A DNA stretch of 64,000 bases. Source: Ramazzottius varieornatus. Its lineage: Eukaryota; Animalia; Tardigrada. The notes under the pieces were generated by a model. That model saw only the letters and a program-made list of their open reading frames with translations, did not search any database and was not told the origin of the DNA. Within the stretch, counting starts at the first letter, position 1, and each line of letters begins with the position of its first letter. A program made the translations under genes and the position numbers. The stretch covers positions 4,082,448 to 4,146,447 of the forward strand of contig BDGG01000002.1 of NCBI GenBank assembly GCA_001949185.1. The letters run 5' to 3'. Shown piece after piece: positions 39,487 through 52,378 of the stretch.

Positions 39487-42400
39487 CTAGATGGAACTTG
39501 AGGCAAGATTCCGTGGGTTCAGCTTACCATAAGTGCTGATTCTGTGGAGATTCTTAGGATCGACTCCACCGCTGACGTTGGGAGGGACTGGAGAAGAAGC
39601 TGGACTTTTATGTTCGTTTATCTGAATAGTCGGTTGAGTCTTTTTCGGTCCTGGTTCTCCTTTCATACCCTTCGGAAGCAGCGCACGCAACGGACCCACC
39701 TTGGTAGTCCCTTTGGGCGTGCTTACAGTCACTGTCATGCCGTTTAAGGCAGTGCGGCTGGAGGGTTGGACCTGGATGGGAATGGGCAGCTTAGGCTTGG
39801 GTAACATCGCGCCATCTTCCACTGTTTTCTTTTGTGACAGATCGATGGAGAAGTCTTTGGCTTCAGGCAGCGGCACAGGGGACATCTTCAAGGGTGCGTG
39901 AGCGACGTGGGACCAGTCTCCATCGGTGCTGGATGCGACGGTCAGCGTCAAGAGGCCTGTTTGTGAAGCGGGTTTCCCAGGATCCTTCTCATCGTCGGAG
40001 CTGTCATTGTCCGATGACAAAGGACTGATGCTCTTAGCCGTGCTGGCAGGTGCTTTGGCTAATTCTTCTTCCAAATATGTGAAAAGGTTCTTCGTGCTCT
40101 TCGATAACGGGGAAGAGACGCTCTTTGTGGCGCTGGGAGTACGAACAGACAGCAGCGAACTTTGTGGCGGCACTGAAACACCGGGAGAGCTTTTGCGAGT
40201 TCGCTCTGGCGTTGGTGGAAACACGATCCGCGGCGTTTCTGCTGCCTGAAATATTTTAAAATCTTAGAGTGGATTGTCTGGCCCGAGAAAAATGGAAGCA
40301 ACTCTCCGATCAACACCAGAAGAATACATTGGGAAGAAAAGGGGAAAAATCAACAGATCGGACACAAAAGACCTCCTCCAAATACTATTTTGAAAACGCC
40401 TCGTTAGAAATAGTAAGAAATTACCAAGGATGTTAAAGTGGGGTAAAAAATTGACAAAAAATATGTATCAATAGAAAAAATGGTGAGAGAGGATTTTGCA
40501 GGAGAGAAAAATGAACAATATCTGCAGACAAAAACTGGCCTAGGTGCCTTAGGTCGGAGATTTTAATATGAAACAGCGAAAAACTTATTTCGCAAACTCA
40601 GACTTTGTACCATACCTTCTCAGAACGGCGCTCTGGTGGAGTGTGTTTTTCCTCCACGGACGAGAGGTTTCCCACCGATTTCGCTACCTCGTTCCACGAC
40701 ATGTCCTCGGAATTTTTGGTTATTCTAGGCGTTCCTTGTTGATGCTGCAGCTGCTGTTGATCGGCAAGAGGTTGGTTCGTCCTGGCAGAAGACTGCTTGG
40801 ATCCCTGGAAACGTTGAGCTGCGACTTGGGGCTTGAGCGGTGTCTCATTAGGCCTGGGTTGTGCCAGAGTGGTTTGTGTCTGACCAAGTGAAGGTTTGTT
40901 CCGCATGGCTGAATTCTCTCCATCACTTCTTTTCTTCCTTACCTGTGAAGAGGGTCTTGCGCTGAAAGCTACCGCCGAACTGCGCTGATGGAGCAGCTGT
41001 AATTTGTCGGTAGGAGTGAGGGCAGGTACGCTGATTTTCTTTTGAAATTCCGCACGAGGAAGGATAGGATGAGTGGCGGGTTCTTTCCGTACAGCAAAAG
41101 ACTTGCCTAACCAGTCGAATCCCCCCACAGCAGGAACGATCTCCTCACCCATACCTGAGTCATTTCCCGAGGCATGACGGTCTAATGCTTCACGGAAGAG
41201 GTTCTTCAGGTAGACATAATTGGGCTCTTCGGCAAAACGCATGCCGCGTGCATAACGCAGAAACTCTGTACACTCAATAGGACAGCCTGAGCAAATATCT
41301 TCCACTGTAACACCCGACTTCCGAGACTTGATAAGGGCACTTTTCTTTGACGCGTCTTTCTCGTGGATACCTTGCCAGGGAAGACGGCCTTTGATGAAGT
41401 AAACCAGCACATAGGCCAGTGATTCTAGATCATCCCGGAAGCTGAGGGCATTTCCGCTGTGGGCAGAGATGGACATGTAGCGAGGCGTACCGGCAGGACA
41501 CACCACGGTATTCTCGTTGTAAAGTAAAGTGCCTTTTGAGTGATCTCGCAGCACTTGACTCAGCCCGAAATCCACGATGTATATCACTGGAAAAGAAAGA
41601 CGAATCAAAAAGGGAAACGCCCAAGAGAAACGTTCACGGTAAATTACCACTTTAATTTCAGGCACACGCACGATGGACAGGCGGAAAGGATGGCAAAATG
41701 GAAATTCGACCGTAGAAAAGTTTCGAAAAGTATGTTTGAGTGAATCAGCCGTGTGTGTACGTGCTTCCGTATCGCTGTAGCGGAAAGCCCTGTCCCATCG
41801 TACGTGTACGAATATTTCAAAATCTGCCAAGCAGTGTTGGGCAAATAAAATGTACAAGGTTGCATCCCGAATAGCGCACTCTTTCAGGGTTCCTGGCTCT
41901 ATGGGTGCGCCACTTAAGATAACGATCTTGTGTTCACTGTTTTGCACAGATCCCATATTGGAAAAATATGATTCTGAGGACACTAATGGGAGTTATGGAT
42001 AGTTCGCTCACGGTGATGGTAACGGAAATTCGATATTGTCTCGTCAGCACTTTAATTGGCTTTGTAGAAGAAGAAACATGATCGCCCTGGGAATAGTGAG
42101 TGCATCGGTTCGCGATAAAGCCTGTTATTACCATTTTCAAGGCCTTCGTTGGAAAGTCCGACGAGGAAGTTCTCTCCTTTTACGTCGCCGTGAACAACAC
42201 CTTTGGCATGAAGGTACTGAAGACGCTCTAATGTTTGTAGAGCGATAAGCAAGACGGTGCGCATCGTAAACCTGCGCTTCATGGCTTCGAAGACGTCATC
42301 CAAGGAAGGCCCCAGCAAATCCATGACCTGAATTAATACAAAGGTGACTCTCACACAACCCGTACTTAAAAAACGAACAGCAAGAATTCGAATCTTGATT

Positions 42401-43277
42401 CGGGAAACCTTCATGAAATACTACGCACGCAAGCAATCAGGCGTCCATGCCCCACAAAGAGACCTTTCATTGCCCCCTTATTGGTCACAACCATCATTTA
42501 GATTTTTTCTTCAAAAACCATCGCATCGATGTGGGTGTTCCGTGACTTAGAGATACGTCCAACACCCATTTGAGTTCGGAGTATGAAGAACCTAAACGAG
42601 AAATTACCAGAGCGTTGTGGGCAATGCCACATAGTCCATAGTAATAACACCGGGGAATGCCTGGCGCATCTCCCAGGACGGTGTAAATACTGTATTCTGT
42701 TGACAGGTGCCGCACGCCTTGATGATTGACCGATTCCACCTTCACCGCAAACTTCTTGGCAGACATAGACTTGTGATCTGTAAAGGAAAACACAAATAGA
42801 TCAATAACAGTCTACCGATCGACTTATTACACAGCACTTCCGATGAGCATGAATGAAAAGTAAAGGTCACTCACAGCCAAAGCGCACTTCTCCAAATCCG
42901 CCTTTCGCGAAAGGTTCCCCGATGACAAACCATATTCCCACATGTTGTCCGAATAATTTATCCGTCGTGTCTTTCTCAAGAGGTATCTGCATTTTGATGG
43001 GCGCTGGCCGATGCAGTTCGGACCACAAGCCAGCATCCGGTTCACCGTACTGCGCCGTTAGGTTGTTGCCGCTCTTCCAGTTCTGAAAGGTCCCGCTAAG
43101 CAAGGCTTCTTTCAAGGTGCGCCAGCCAAATTTCCTTCCGGATGACAGAGACCTGGGATCCCGAGGGGATGACTTGCCGAAAGGGTTGCCGTTGATGGCC
43201 AGACTTCCGTTGCCCCAGACGTTGCCATTACGAGGAGTAATCAGCCTGTCACGGTTCGTTCTGGACGTCACGGACAT
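39487..43277 (-). CDS. Casein kinase 1 family Ser/Thr kinase, divergent, with long low-complexity C-terminal tail
   Basis: 'GGFGEVRFG', 'AVKVE', 'HL..EY.IY..L...PGIP..YYYG', 'MDLLGPSL.D.F....RRF', 'HGDVKGENFL', 'IVDFGL', 'GTPRYMSI.AH.G..LS.RDDLESL.YVL.YF..G.LPWQG', 'F.EEPNY.YL'; 5 exons. Confidence 0.88.
41854..41931. repeat. Palindromic element copy 9 (CK1-like intron)
   Basis: acaaggttgcatcccgaATAGCGCAC-N25-GTGCGCCACttaagataacgatcttgt. Confidence 0.75.
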
Positions 43278-44789
43278 GGTCTCCAGGTGCGTTAGTTAAT
43301 AACTCAATTGTCTTAGAGGCTTCCTTTCGTGATATCTCGTTTTTCTTCCATCAAAGTGGCGAACCTCTATACAGAAGTATTTTACGTATCTTCAAGTGAT
43401 GAAATCGATCATCCTTCCACAGAACCACATTGCCGCTACTGATAAAGTAAGAAAAAGTCTTCAAAGGTCCATTCAAGTGCGCCGTTTAATCCACATCGTT
43501 CAAACATAATGTGGCTTCCGCCTTCCGCGTGTTATGATAACTCAGCCTCTTTCACAGATGGTGAGTATCAAGTCTTTGAGAAAGGAAGGCTTGGTAGTAA
43601 TGGTTGATTAGTGGTCGGCACGGTAAGCGAGTTAGAGCCATCGATCAAAGCAAGGTACCCACATGAGTGATCACAGAAAAATTAAACAAAATTAAGGAAG
43701 GTGAAAAAGTGATCGGCAAGGATGGAACATCGCTTAGATGGAACAAGACAAGGTACGTCGCTGGACCTGTAGGCCAGTGAAACATTAATTAGATCGCTTT
43801 CCGAGGATGGAGTGTGAAGGTACCCCGTGCGCGGGTTTGTGGTCGATATGAAGAGAAGCGTTGCATGGCTGAAAGAACATTATGGGTGTCAGCCAGCGCG
43901 CTCTGGAGCAACTGTTTCTACCTTGATTATCAACAGTCTCACTGACATGTTGGCGTGTTGGGTATTCATTATATCCCATATGATATTATAGACAGGCGTG
44001 GAATGAAGAGACTAGGAAGAGGGTAAGAGGGAGGAGGCACCCTAACGCAAACTAACCCATTCAATTGCAGCAGCGTGTGTTAACGTTTAGAGCGAACAGC
44101 AGGTAAGCCTCGTGGAGATGATCTGTTTTATCACGAGCTACAGTACCTTCCGTGTGCCAGTTTCGGCATTCCGCACTTTGACGTCATGCTCGTGCCCCGT
44201 AGCCTCGAACCTTTGGGATCCTTCTGGAGCTCGTGGGCTTACTGTGTCATTATTCAGGACTCTGGGCGTCGTTTTTGTGGTTAAGATTAATTTTAGAGCA
44301 TCGTTATCCGGACAGTCTTTGAGATGCTTTCCACCGTAAAGGCTTCTACGGTACCTTGAGTGACATAGCTGGCTGGTCGAGAACAGACTTGACTTAACCA
44401 AAGTTTGGTAGAGCCAGTGGCTACTTAGAAATTAGCTATGGCTATTCTGGAAAGTAGTCAAAAGGTCACTTTGGGTACTTTTTTTACCGTAAGCAACCAG
44501 TTGGCTACTTCTCAACTAGCCATGGCTCTTGCATAAGTAGAGGAACACAGAAAACGTTCCACCTTACGGGAATTTATTTCTCGTGTTTTTTTACGGGACT
44601 TTGGTTCATGAATGTTCAACACATTGACTGGAATAACACAGCGTTGTGATGTACTTTGTCAAGGATCGTAGTTTATACATGCTGTACTATATTGTGTGAA
44701 ATATCAATTCGATGGACCTGTTTCGCAAGTCATGTTTTCGGCTTGCACAGCATAAGTGTAGGTTTTATGCTGTGTAGTTATCCGCGGCT

Positions 44790-44863
44790 AAAAAAAATCT
44801 TTATTTGAAGACAATAATCTATATTCAAAAAAAATCTTTATTTGAAGACAATAATCTATATTC
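44790..44863. repeat. Exact 37-bp tandem duplication at retroelement 3' end
   Basis: aaaaaaaatctttatttgaagacaataatctatattc x2 (44790-44826, 44827-44863). Confidence 0.9.
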
Positions 44864-45092
44864 AAAAAATGATATAAAATTAACAAAAACGCTACACGGA
44901 TTTTCCCCTTTTGACATCTAAAACATAAAACACTTCATCAAGACCCTTCGTATCTTTAACAGTAGTCAGAACAGAATAACAATTACCACGTTGAATATCT
45001 ATGGACACTCGCTGCTTAAAAACTGAAATGACCTCGGCTCGCCCGTTACTTCCGCCATCTTTCTTCCTACAGCTTCGAACAGCGCTGTCTCG
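44790..45092 (-). mobile_element. 5'-truncated, frameshifted 3' remnant of a CRE-like (restriction-like-endonuclease) non-LTR retrotransposon
   Basis: Minus strand reads FEAVGRKMAEVTGEPRSFQFL-(1-nt frameshift)-QRVSIDIQRGNCYSVLTT...LDEVFYVL...*, matching the 'TGEPR...FL.QR.S..IQRGN..SVL' C-terminal signature I recall for CRE-clade elements; AT-rich 3' tail with AATAAA. Confidence 0.7.
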
Positions 45093-46028
45093 GCTTGTGT
45101 TGCGCCTAATATCGCTGCACAGAATTTGAAATTCTGTGCAAGCTGAGTTGATTGTACTATTGACCACTCTGGTCGAAATTTGAAATTTTAGTGGAGTGGA
45201 GCGTGATCAGACCAATCAGCGAATTGGACTTGGCGTGTCAAGTGATCCGAGCTATACGCCTCTCCCACATTGCGCCACTTGACTTCCGCTCTCGTTCCTT
45301 CTCGAAATCCATCATGTTTTCGCCCGAAACTAGCATTGAAGTTAGGAAGAGATGATTGTCTTCCCAAACTATCGCCAGAAGAAGCGAAAGAAGTCCGGGC
45401 TTTATCCAGTAGAGGCTAAATGACAGGCCCCGCGAATTCCGATGCCCTGCTGAACTCGCGCGGCCTAATATCCCTTTATGCTAATATTCTGTGCCGATAA
45501 TGCCGTAAAAATAACTGCTGTTGTTGGATATGTAATGATTTCCCAACCGGAAGTATAAAGTCAACAGAGGAAAAGAAAGCGTGATGTACCTAAAGCTACC
45601 CAGCGAATCCGTATTTTAGGAAATCCAGCTTTCCCATATGTGAGGTTCTCGCGAGGTTCAAGGACAGTACGGGTTCTTGACTTGGCATCGTTCGAGAGTA
45701 AAGCAGCGAACTCCAGAAAATATGACAACTGTGGACAGCGACTGTACTATACTTAAAATCTGGACTTGCGTTTTCAACTTTTCAAACAACCAAACTTGAA
45801 TAGCTTGTTAATAAATGTAAAGTACCTAGAAAGAAATTGGAGCAAGTCATTGAAGATACCGGTATTCAGAGGACGGACATCGGGACATGGACGAACGGCC
45901 GTACGCTTATCAAACCATGTTAATAACCGGTGCCAAAGAGGAGTTTTTGAGTAAGAAAATAGAACGATAAACTTTCACGAGATGCATAACCAACCAGAAG
46001 TTAACAAAACTGTACTGTGGGATCTTTC

Positions 46029-49000
46029 TCAGAGACCCGACGGACCGTTTGTAGCCACACCGGGATCTATCTGTGAATTGGTTGGTCCATGCGAGGTTCC
46101 GCTGCAGGTGGCGCCATCGGCCATCTTATGTTTGGCGTACTCGATGCGAATACCCGAACGTTCAGAGCCGGAAAGCTGCATACCTTGTAGCATCACCATA
46201 GCGTTACCTGCACACCGGATGTCCGAAAAGTCCACAAAAGCGACAGGGCTGCCACCTTTCGTGTTGACTCGACAGCGTGAGAAACCGGGAAACCTGCAAG
46301 CAAACCATTCTCTTCCGTGCCATAAAAATCCAACTGCTATCGCAGAATATTCTTTCGCCAAAACTATGAAAAAGTGCTCGAAAGGCTTAAAACTTCGTAC
46401 TATAACTTACGAGGAAAAAATTTGCTTGACGTCGGCTTCGCTAACGTAAGGACCCAGGTTCGCGACAAACAGTGTATTGCAAGGAACCATGTTTGATACG
46501 GGCATCTGCAGGTTAGAAAGACCCGTCCCTAGTGGAGAGCTCTGCAGGAGGCCTTGAGCCGCAGTCGCTGCTAGAAGTTGAGCTGATGCTGCAGCATTGG
46601 CCGCGCTGAGGGCGTTAGATGCTAGCAGCGGATGAGCGAAGGAGATGGCGCCATTGACCGACTAGAAGAACCGTTGAACTTCCACATAAACCTCCTGCGG
46701 AAAGGACGACCATTTTTCTTGACGGACACATGGCACTTACGTTGTTTGGATGGAAAGCAGCAGCAGCTCCATTGATCTGGCTTTGTTGTAAACCAGAGAG
46801 GTCGCCGTACAGTCCCAGTGGCCAGTTCTCCGAGCCCGAGCAGTACATGTTCCCATTGAGATCGTCTGCAAATACGACACCATTCGACTCGGAGGTTCGC
46901 CGACTTTTTCAAAACTTGAACATTGCAATCGGGGACTGGGAGGTTGGTTCGAAGAGGACTTACGACTGTAATAGGGGTTAAAGAGGAGGTTAGTATTGTT
47001 GCTGTTGTTGCTGGTGGCCCCTTGACCATTTGTCGTGTTAAGGTGCGCCGACTTGGGCTTAGGAACCTTAGTATTGCTTTTAGCGAACTCTAACCGGAGC
47101 GTTTGCGGCAGATCCAGGTCGAACTGAGTACCCTAGATCAGAAAAATCCGGATCTACCACCGAAACTTCTGTGGAGCTAGTTATAAGGACGACTTACCTG
47201 CAGTTCCTGACGAGCAATTTCCGCCTTCATTCGGGACTTGAACGTCACAAAACCCACAGGCTGAAACAAACCGTGGTAAACCAGACTATCAGCAGTTCTT
47301 TCACGTCTTCGAGCATCTCGAGCTTACCGAAACAGACTTCCCAACTTTGCCGGTCACTTTCAACAACGAACTTTCGTAGCCCTGAAAGATGCCGACTCGT
47401 GTAAGCCAAATTGTCATAGTTATATCCAAGAGGTGTAACTTAGGTCGAAGCCACTTTTGCAGCGGTTGCGAGAGTGGCTTTGCTTAAGTTCCCACGAGTG
47501 AGCTTACGTCATAGCCGCGAAAGAGGTGATAGAGTTCCCGGGCCTTGACGTCCATCGGCAGTCCACTCACGAAGAGAGTTCGAACCTGCGACAGCAACAC
47601 ACATGCAACAGTTTTTCGCGGGTGGAGACTTTTTCTTGTCTGTTCATTATTTTCAAGGATTGGGTTCGCCGCTGTCTACAGACGCTGTGGCAAAAGAACG
47701 CGTCAAGTATGGGCGCGTTATACCGGTATGGTGTGTAAATATACCATACATATAGCCTATGATAAGGTCAGATAACGGTGAGAATGGGCAATGAAGAAAA
47801 GAGGGATAGTAAAAGCTAAATAATCGATTTACAACCCACGCGTTTACGCTTCACCTTTGAGCCTCCATTTACTGTCGAGTGTTTGCATAGATGCTACCAG
47901 GATATGTGTTCCTTTTTTCCGTTAGCCAGCCAGAGAATTCACGCCAGGATTGAGAAGCCTATCGCATTAGCCAGCTAGAGATAATATTGGAAATGGGGCT
48001 ATGCCTTCAGGTGATTACGGCTCTTCCCGGTGCCTCCTCACATTTCCTTGATTATTGAAATGTAATTTCCTCTTTGGACATGCTCTTTCGACGTAATAGA
48101 TGGGCAAATTATTCAACGCGCACAACATCCAAGATGAAGCTCTTTGGGTAATTAAAAGGTGCCTTGCCTAGCTCGGCTTGAGTTTCTCACGATCCTGTAA
48201 GCGGTTATCACAACACGCTCACCAGGACGTGCCAACAGCTAAATCCGATCTTTGTTGCTCTGTGTGAAGGAAAAAACTGCACACTAGTTGTTTTCCTTTT
48301 CGTAACGTTTTTGTTGATGCCTAAAGAAAATATACAGCGGCATTCACAAATCACGAGAGTCGAGGCAGCCATTTGGGAGCTGGGCGAACAAAGCATACAA
48401 GATCGCTATCTTGAGTGGCGGACGTTTTCATTGTTACTGGCTGAAAGGGTGCGCCACTCTGGACAACAGTCTCCCGTTTGACGGTAACCTTTGCTCGGTC
48501 AGGAAACCTGGAAATTCCAATTTTCATCAGTACCTCTCAGGAACTCATCAGTACGAATCAAATTGGTGCAAACGGTAAAGCGATTTCGTTGCTCATTTTT
48601 GTCCCTCGAAGGCTTGACAGTTAGTTCCCTGTCATATTTTGGTTCGCCAATTCGATTAGTACTGCGACATCTAATCAGCTGATGGTGTTCATTCAGAGCG
48701 TCAAGTATTTTACGACAGGGAAACAGTTATGGATTTCCGCTAAGAAGGGAGGATCCGTGTTAATTTTTTCAAAATGCTTACGAGGAGAAGCAGCAGTAGG
48801 TTTAGCTGAAACATACACACAGCCCAACAATGGAGGCAAAGCCTGTAAGGTGATGGAGGCCTTTCAAGGGGATATTGACATAAAGACTATTCTCAACTAA
48901 TACACCTTTTAGAACGGGATCAACATCAACCGGAATACACATTAAACATGTTTTCTCCGCCTATAAAGGCAGACCTCGTGCAGGGAGATCGATTATTCCT

Positions 49001-49749
49001 CACCCTAGCTTTCCTGTCCTGTGTTTACCGTACAAAGAGCTCCATCCGTATTCCTAATTAGGCAAAAAAAGCCTACGTTCAACTACTATTGTTGCTTCGG
49101 CCGATACGTGAGAGGTATCAACCACCTGGAAGAAACTCAAAACATGAAGCGAACCAGGGAACCTCCGTTTGGCGAAACCACAAAGATTTCGGCTGGCAGG
49201 CACTATCGTGAAAACAGCACAGACAACAATCAGCTGACCATTGGCCGCATCAGGTTTGGGTAGGCCAATATGGTCCTACGCTATGTACGCCCTACAGGAA
49301 CCCTACGTGTAGTCGATGGTCCCACTCAGAACAATGCTTTCAGCTGATCGAAATGTTGACATCGCAAAGTAAAGTTTGAACTCTATCTTGCATTTCGGTT
49401 GGAGGAATGTACTGTTTCTTTGCTGCTTACCTCATCGGCTTCGTTGTCTGGGTTCGAGTCAGATCCATGGAGACTTGTTTCAGAAGCGTCCTGAAGAGGA
49501 GAGACGCACAGGTCAGGCTACAACAAGTCTTTAAGAAATGTGGATTTCTTTAAGAAATGATGAATTTCTTACCGAATTCGATGCTCGGACAACTCCGCGA
49601 GATCCATTCGTCTGATTCAAGAGAGAGGCGTGACACGCATCATCCTGATCCGTCATGCTAGTCGGTGTGTCCAGAGAAGTCGAGGAAGCTGCTTGGGACA
49701 AGTCCGAGCCGCGGCTTTCAGATTCTCGCTCGTTCTCCGAGATCAACAT
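46029..49749 (-). CDS. cpo: Two-RRM RNA-binding protein, couch potato / mec-8 / RBPMS family
   Basis: RRM1 'VRTLFVSGLPMDVKARELYHLFRGYD|GYESSLLKVT...|PVGFVTF...LQ|GTQFD...PQTLRLEFAKSNTKVPKPK'; RRM2 'PCNTLFVANLG...|FPGFSR.R...KGGSPVAFVDF...IRIEYAK.KM'; ~1.8 kb intron 47586-49430. Confidence 0.9.
48398..48472. repeat. Palindromic element copy 10 (cpo long intron)
   Basis: caagatcgctatcttgaGTGGCGGAC-N25-GTGCGCCACtctggacaacagtct. Confidence 0.85.
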
Positions 49750-52378
49750 AATGCGGAAGCCGCTGCGCTGGAGGATTGGATGCGTAGAGCTGTATCTCTG
49801 GATTACCTCCTCGGTGGGTGGACGGCCTGAAATAAAAACATCTGATGTCCACCCGGTCGCAGTAATGACAGTACGATTTTTAATTTAGATATCAGTCAAG
49901 CTCCGCAGTCTGGAAAGATGAGCTTGCAAGAATGATCCGCAAGAGTCCAGCAGGTTACTGCTTGCCACGAGTTAGTAACGTAAGGCCAACTCTACTGGTG
50001 GGTTTGACAAGAGAAGGAGGAGTTAGCAGGTGAAAGGCCTTCAGGTATTTTATCAACTGGCGCAGTACCGAAACTTGGCTCGCTGTGACGCTCGTTTCAG
50101 AAGGCGCAGAGTTTACGGAGCGTGTTACGTCCTGCGCAGGTAGGGCGGATTGCGAGATATGTCAAATTCTCAGCTCGATGGGGACGAACCCACTAACCTT
50201 CTTACAAAGCGGGAAACTAATCACTGGAAATTTTACAGGCTTTTTTGCACAACGGAAGAAAAGTAAGGCACACCTGCGGCGAAAAGGTACGTGTGAGAAA
50301 TTATCGCAATATCGAGAGAGGAATCGACGAGCTAGTGCACGGTTTTCGCGGTCGCAGCTGTGGTGTTCACGCTCTTATAACCCAGGTAATCCTGCTGGCT
50401 TCCGTGCAGATCCCCTATTAAAGTCGCTGGCAAAGCCTCTACTTAAGTTCCTAGCTACTGATCAATATTTCTGTGGTGGATACAAGATGAGGTCTCGAGG
50501 TCTGCTGAGCGGGATAATTGAGCAGATAGTTGTCCCTGATAAGAGGGATGGGGATAACTGGAGTTAGGAGCTGTGCCGTCGCAAGGCCTGGATTATCCAC
50601 CTTTACCTGGAACAAGACACATGTGCCTTGTTCCCCGCCACCCTCCTGGAACGAAACCTTATTAGCTAAAAGCTTCCGAAATTGCACCAGCAGGCCGTAC
50701 AGTAATTACTTTAGTCAATGAAAGTCACCAAACACCTCCATCATGTAACAGAGGCATGATAACACATCCCCAATACACAGAGGACAAACCAAGAAGGAGC
50801 TCTCGGGGCTATATGAATGAAAGTTTGCATGCTAGACGGAGCAATTTTAAACCTGGTAATTTTTTTCGTTCTACGCTTCCTGTAACAAAGAAGAAAAGGA
50901 ATCGGGAAAGCGCACCAGTAAGCATGGAGATTCGGCAACATCACCGAATGAAAACCAAGGATATTACAAGGCTTGAATGTATGGAAATTCAACTAGAGGA
51001 CCGCAGTACCGGCAACAGGAAGGGGTTGCCGGATAATCACACGAGGGGAAAATTCAAAGTACAGTAATACTGGCGCTCCTCTCGTGTAGCCGGCCTCGGT
51101 GCATGGAAGAGAGCTCCCACCGGGAGGCATTTCCGCATCCTCTTGAAAGGACTGGGGATCGGCTTACTAGCAGGCCTAGCAAACAAGAAGATTAGACAGA
51201 TTAAATAATACATGGCCTATTGTGTACCGCGACCCGAGCTTGCTACCGGTGTTCCGGAAAACAGCCATTCAGTCGCGAACCATCCAAGCACACTGTAATT
51301 TTGCCGACCCCATGCGATTCTCCGACTGCTCGACGAGCAGCGCAGCCAAGATTGGTCTTCATTCTTTTCGAGCTAGCATTAACTTAGAACACTTTTACTT
51401 TGGCAGTTAGAGACAAAATGCTTTCCCACAAGCTTTTGAAAAACTTTCGGAAAATAATTACCGAAGCAAATTCAAGGACCTCAAACTGAAACTGCCTCAA
51501 ACTGCTGCAAGGTCCCAGACTGAGAAATGAGACATGATTACGGTGGAGAAACTGAGCTTTCCCAATTCCTCTTTTAGTATACTGTGCTGAGGAGAGTATA
51601 GTTTTCCGAATTTTACTGACAGAACAGAAGGAATGACTTCCAAATGCCAAGAGGGCGCTTGTGCCGGGTTACTACTGTAGTATCTCGATCATGCATGGGA
51701 ACGGGATGATGATAGTATGGGAAGTCTTGAGCTTCTCCCTTCGCTGAGGATCGATTTAACACAGAGAAGGTGCCGCGGGAGAGATCATCGGTACTGTACC
51801 AGCCACGTAAATAATCACATCCCCGTGCGACAGGAAAATCGATAAGGCACGGTGCCCGTAAGGCAGCAGGAACCCGTAGAGCGTGCACTTTTGATCGGCT
51901 TTTACACGTGGCTTACGAGCTAAACTTGACGTCATGTCCTCCGTCGCCATGTTCAGAGTTACAGCTCCCGACCTAGAGAAAGGGAGTTCTTAAGCGCCCT
52001 AAGAGACCCGAGTAAAGTTACTTCGCTGGTCCTTGAGAATGTACATTAGGTCCGAAAGGAAGCAATTACCTACGCCGTCGCGTGTTGGCACGAAAATTAC
52101 GGGGAACTAGTTCGGAGCCGAGTCCCATTGTCAAGAACCTCTATATAAGCATGAACCGAAAAATGTTGACAAACAAGCTACGACACGCGTTAGAGAACCT
52201 AAAGTTAGATTGACAGTCTCCTACCTTGCGAACTTTGCGAAAAACCTCGCTGTCTAGCTTATAATTATGCAGCTGCTGAAGTCCAGAAACTCTTATTGAA
52301 CACTGTTTCTCCGTTAAAGCGCTGTGTACTTTGGGCTTGGAAAGTCGGGCGTGCTGAAGTGGATCCATCTCAGCAAAG

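Noticed and set aside
40598-41983. 461-aa ORF suggesting a long insertion in the kinase
   Set aside because: Its first ~130 aa read through an intron (41589-42121) containing a palindromic element; the spliced kinase is contiguous
49450-49462. GGTTCGAGTC resembling a tRNA T-loop/B-box
   Set aside because: Lies within a cpo coding exon; no cloverleaf
49900-52300. Several 60-160 aa ORFs upstream of cpo
   Set aside because: No recognisable domains or consistent splice chain; probably 5'UTR introns/regulatory DNA
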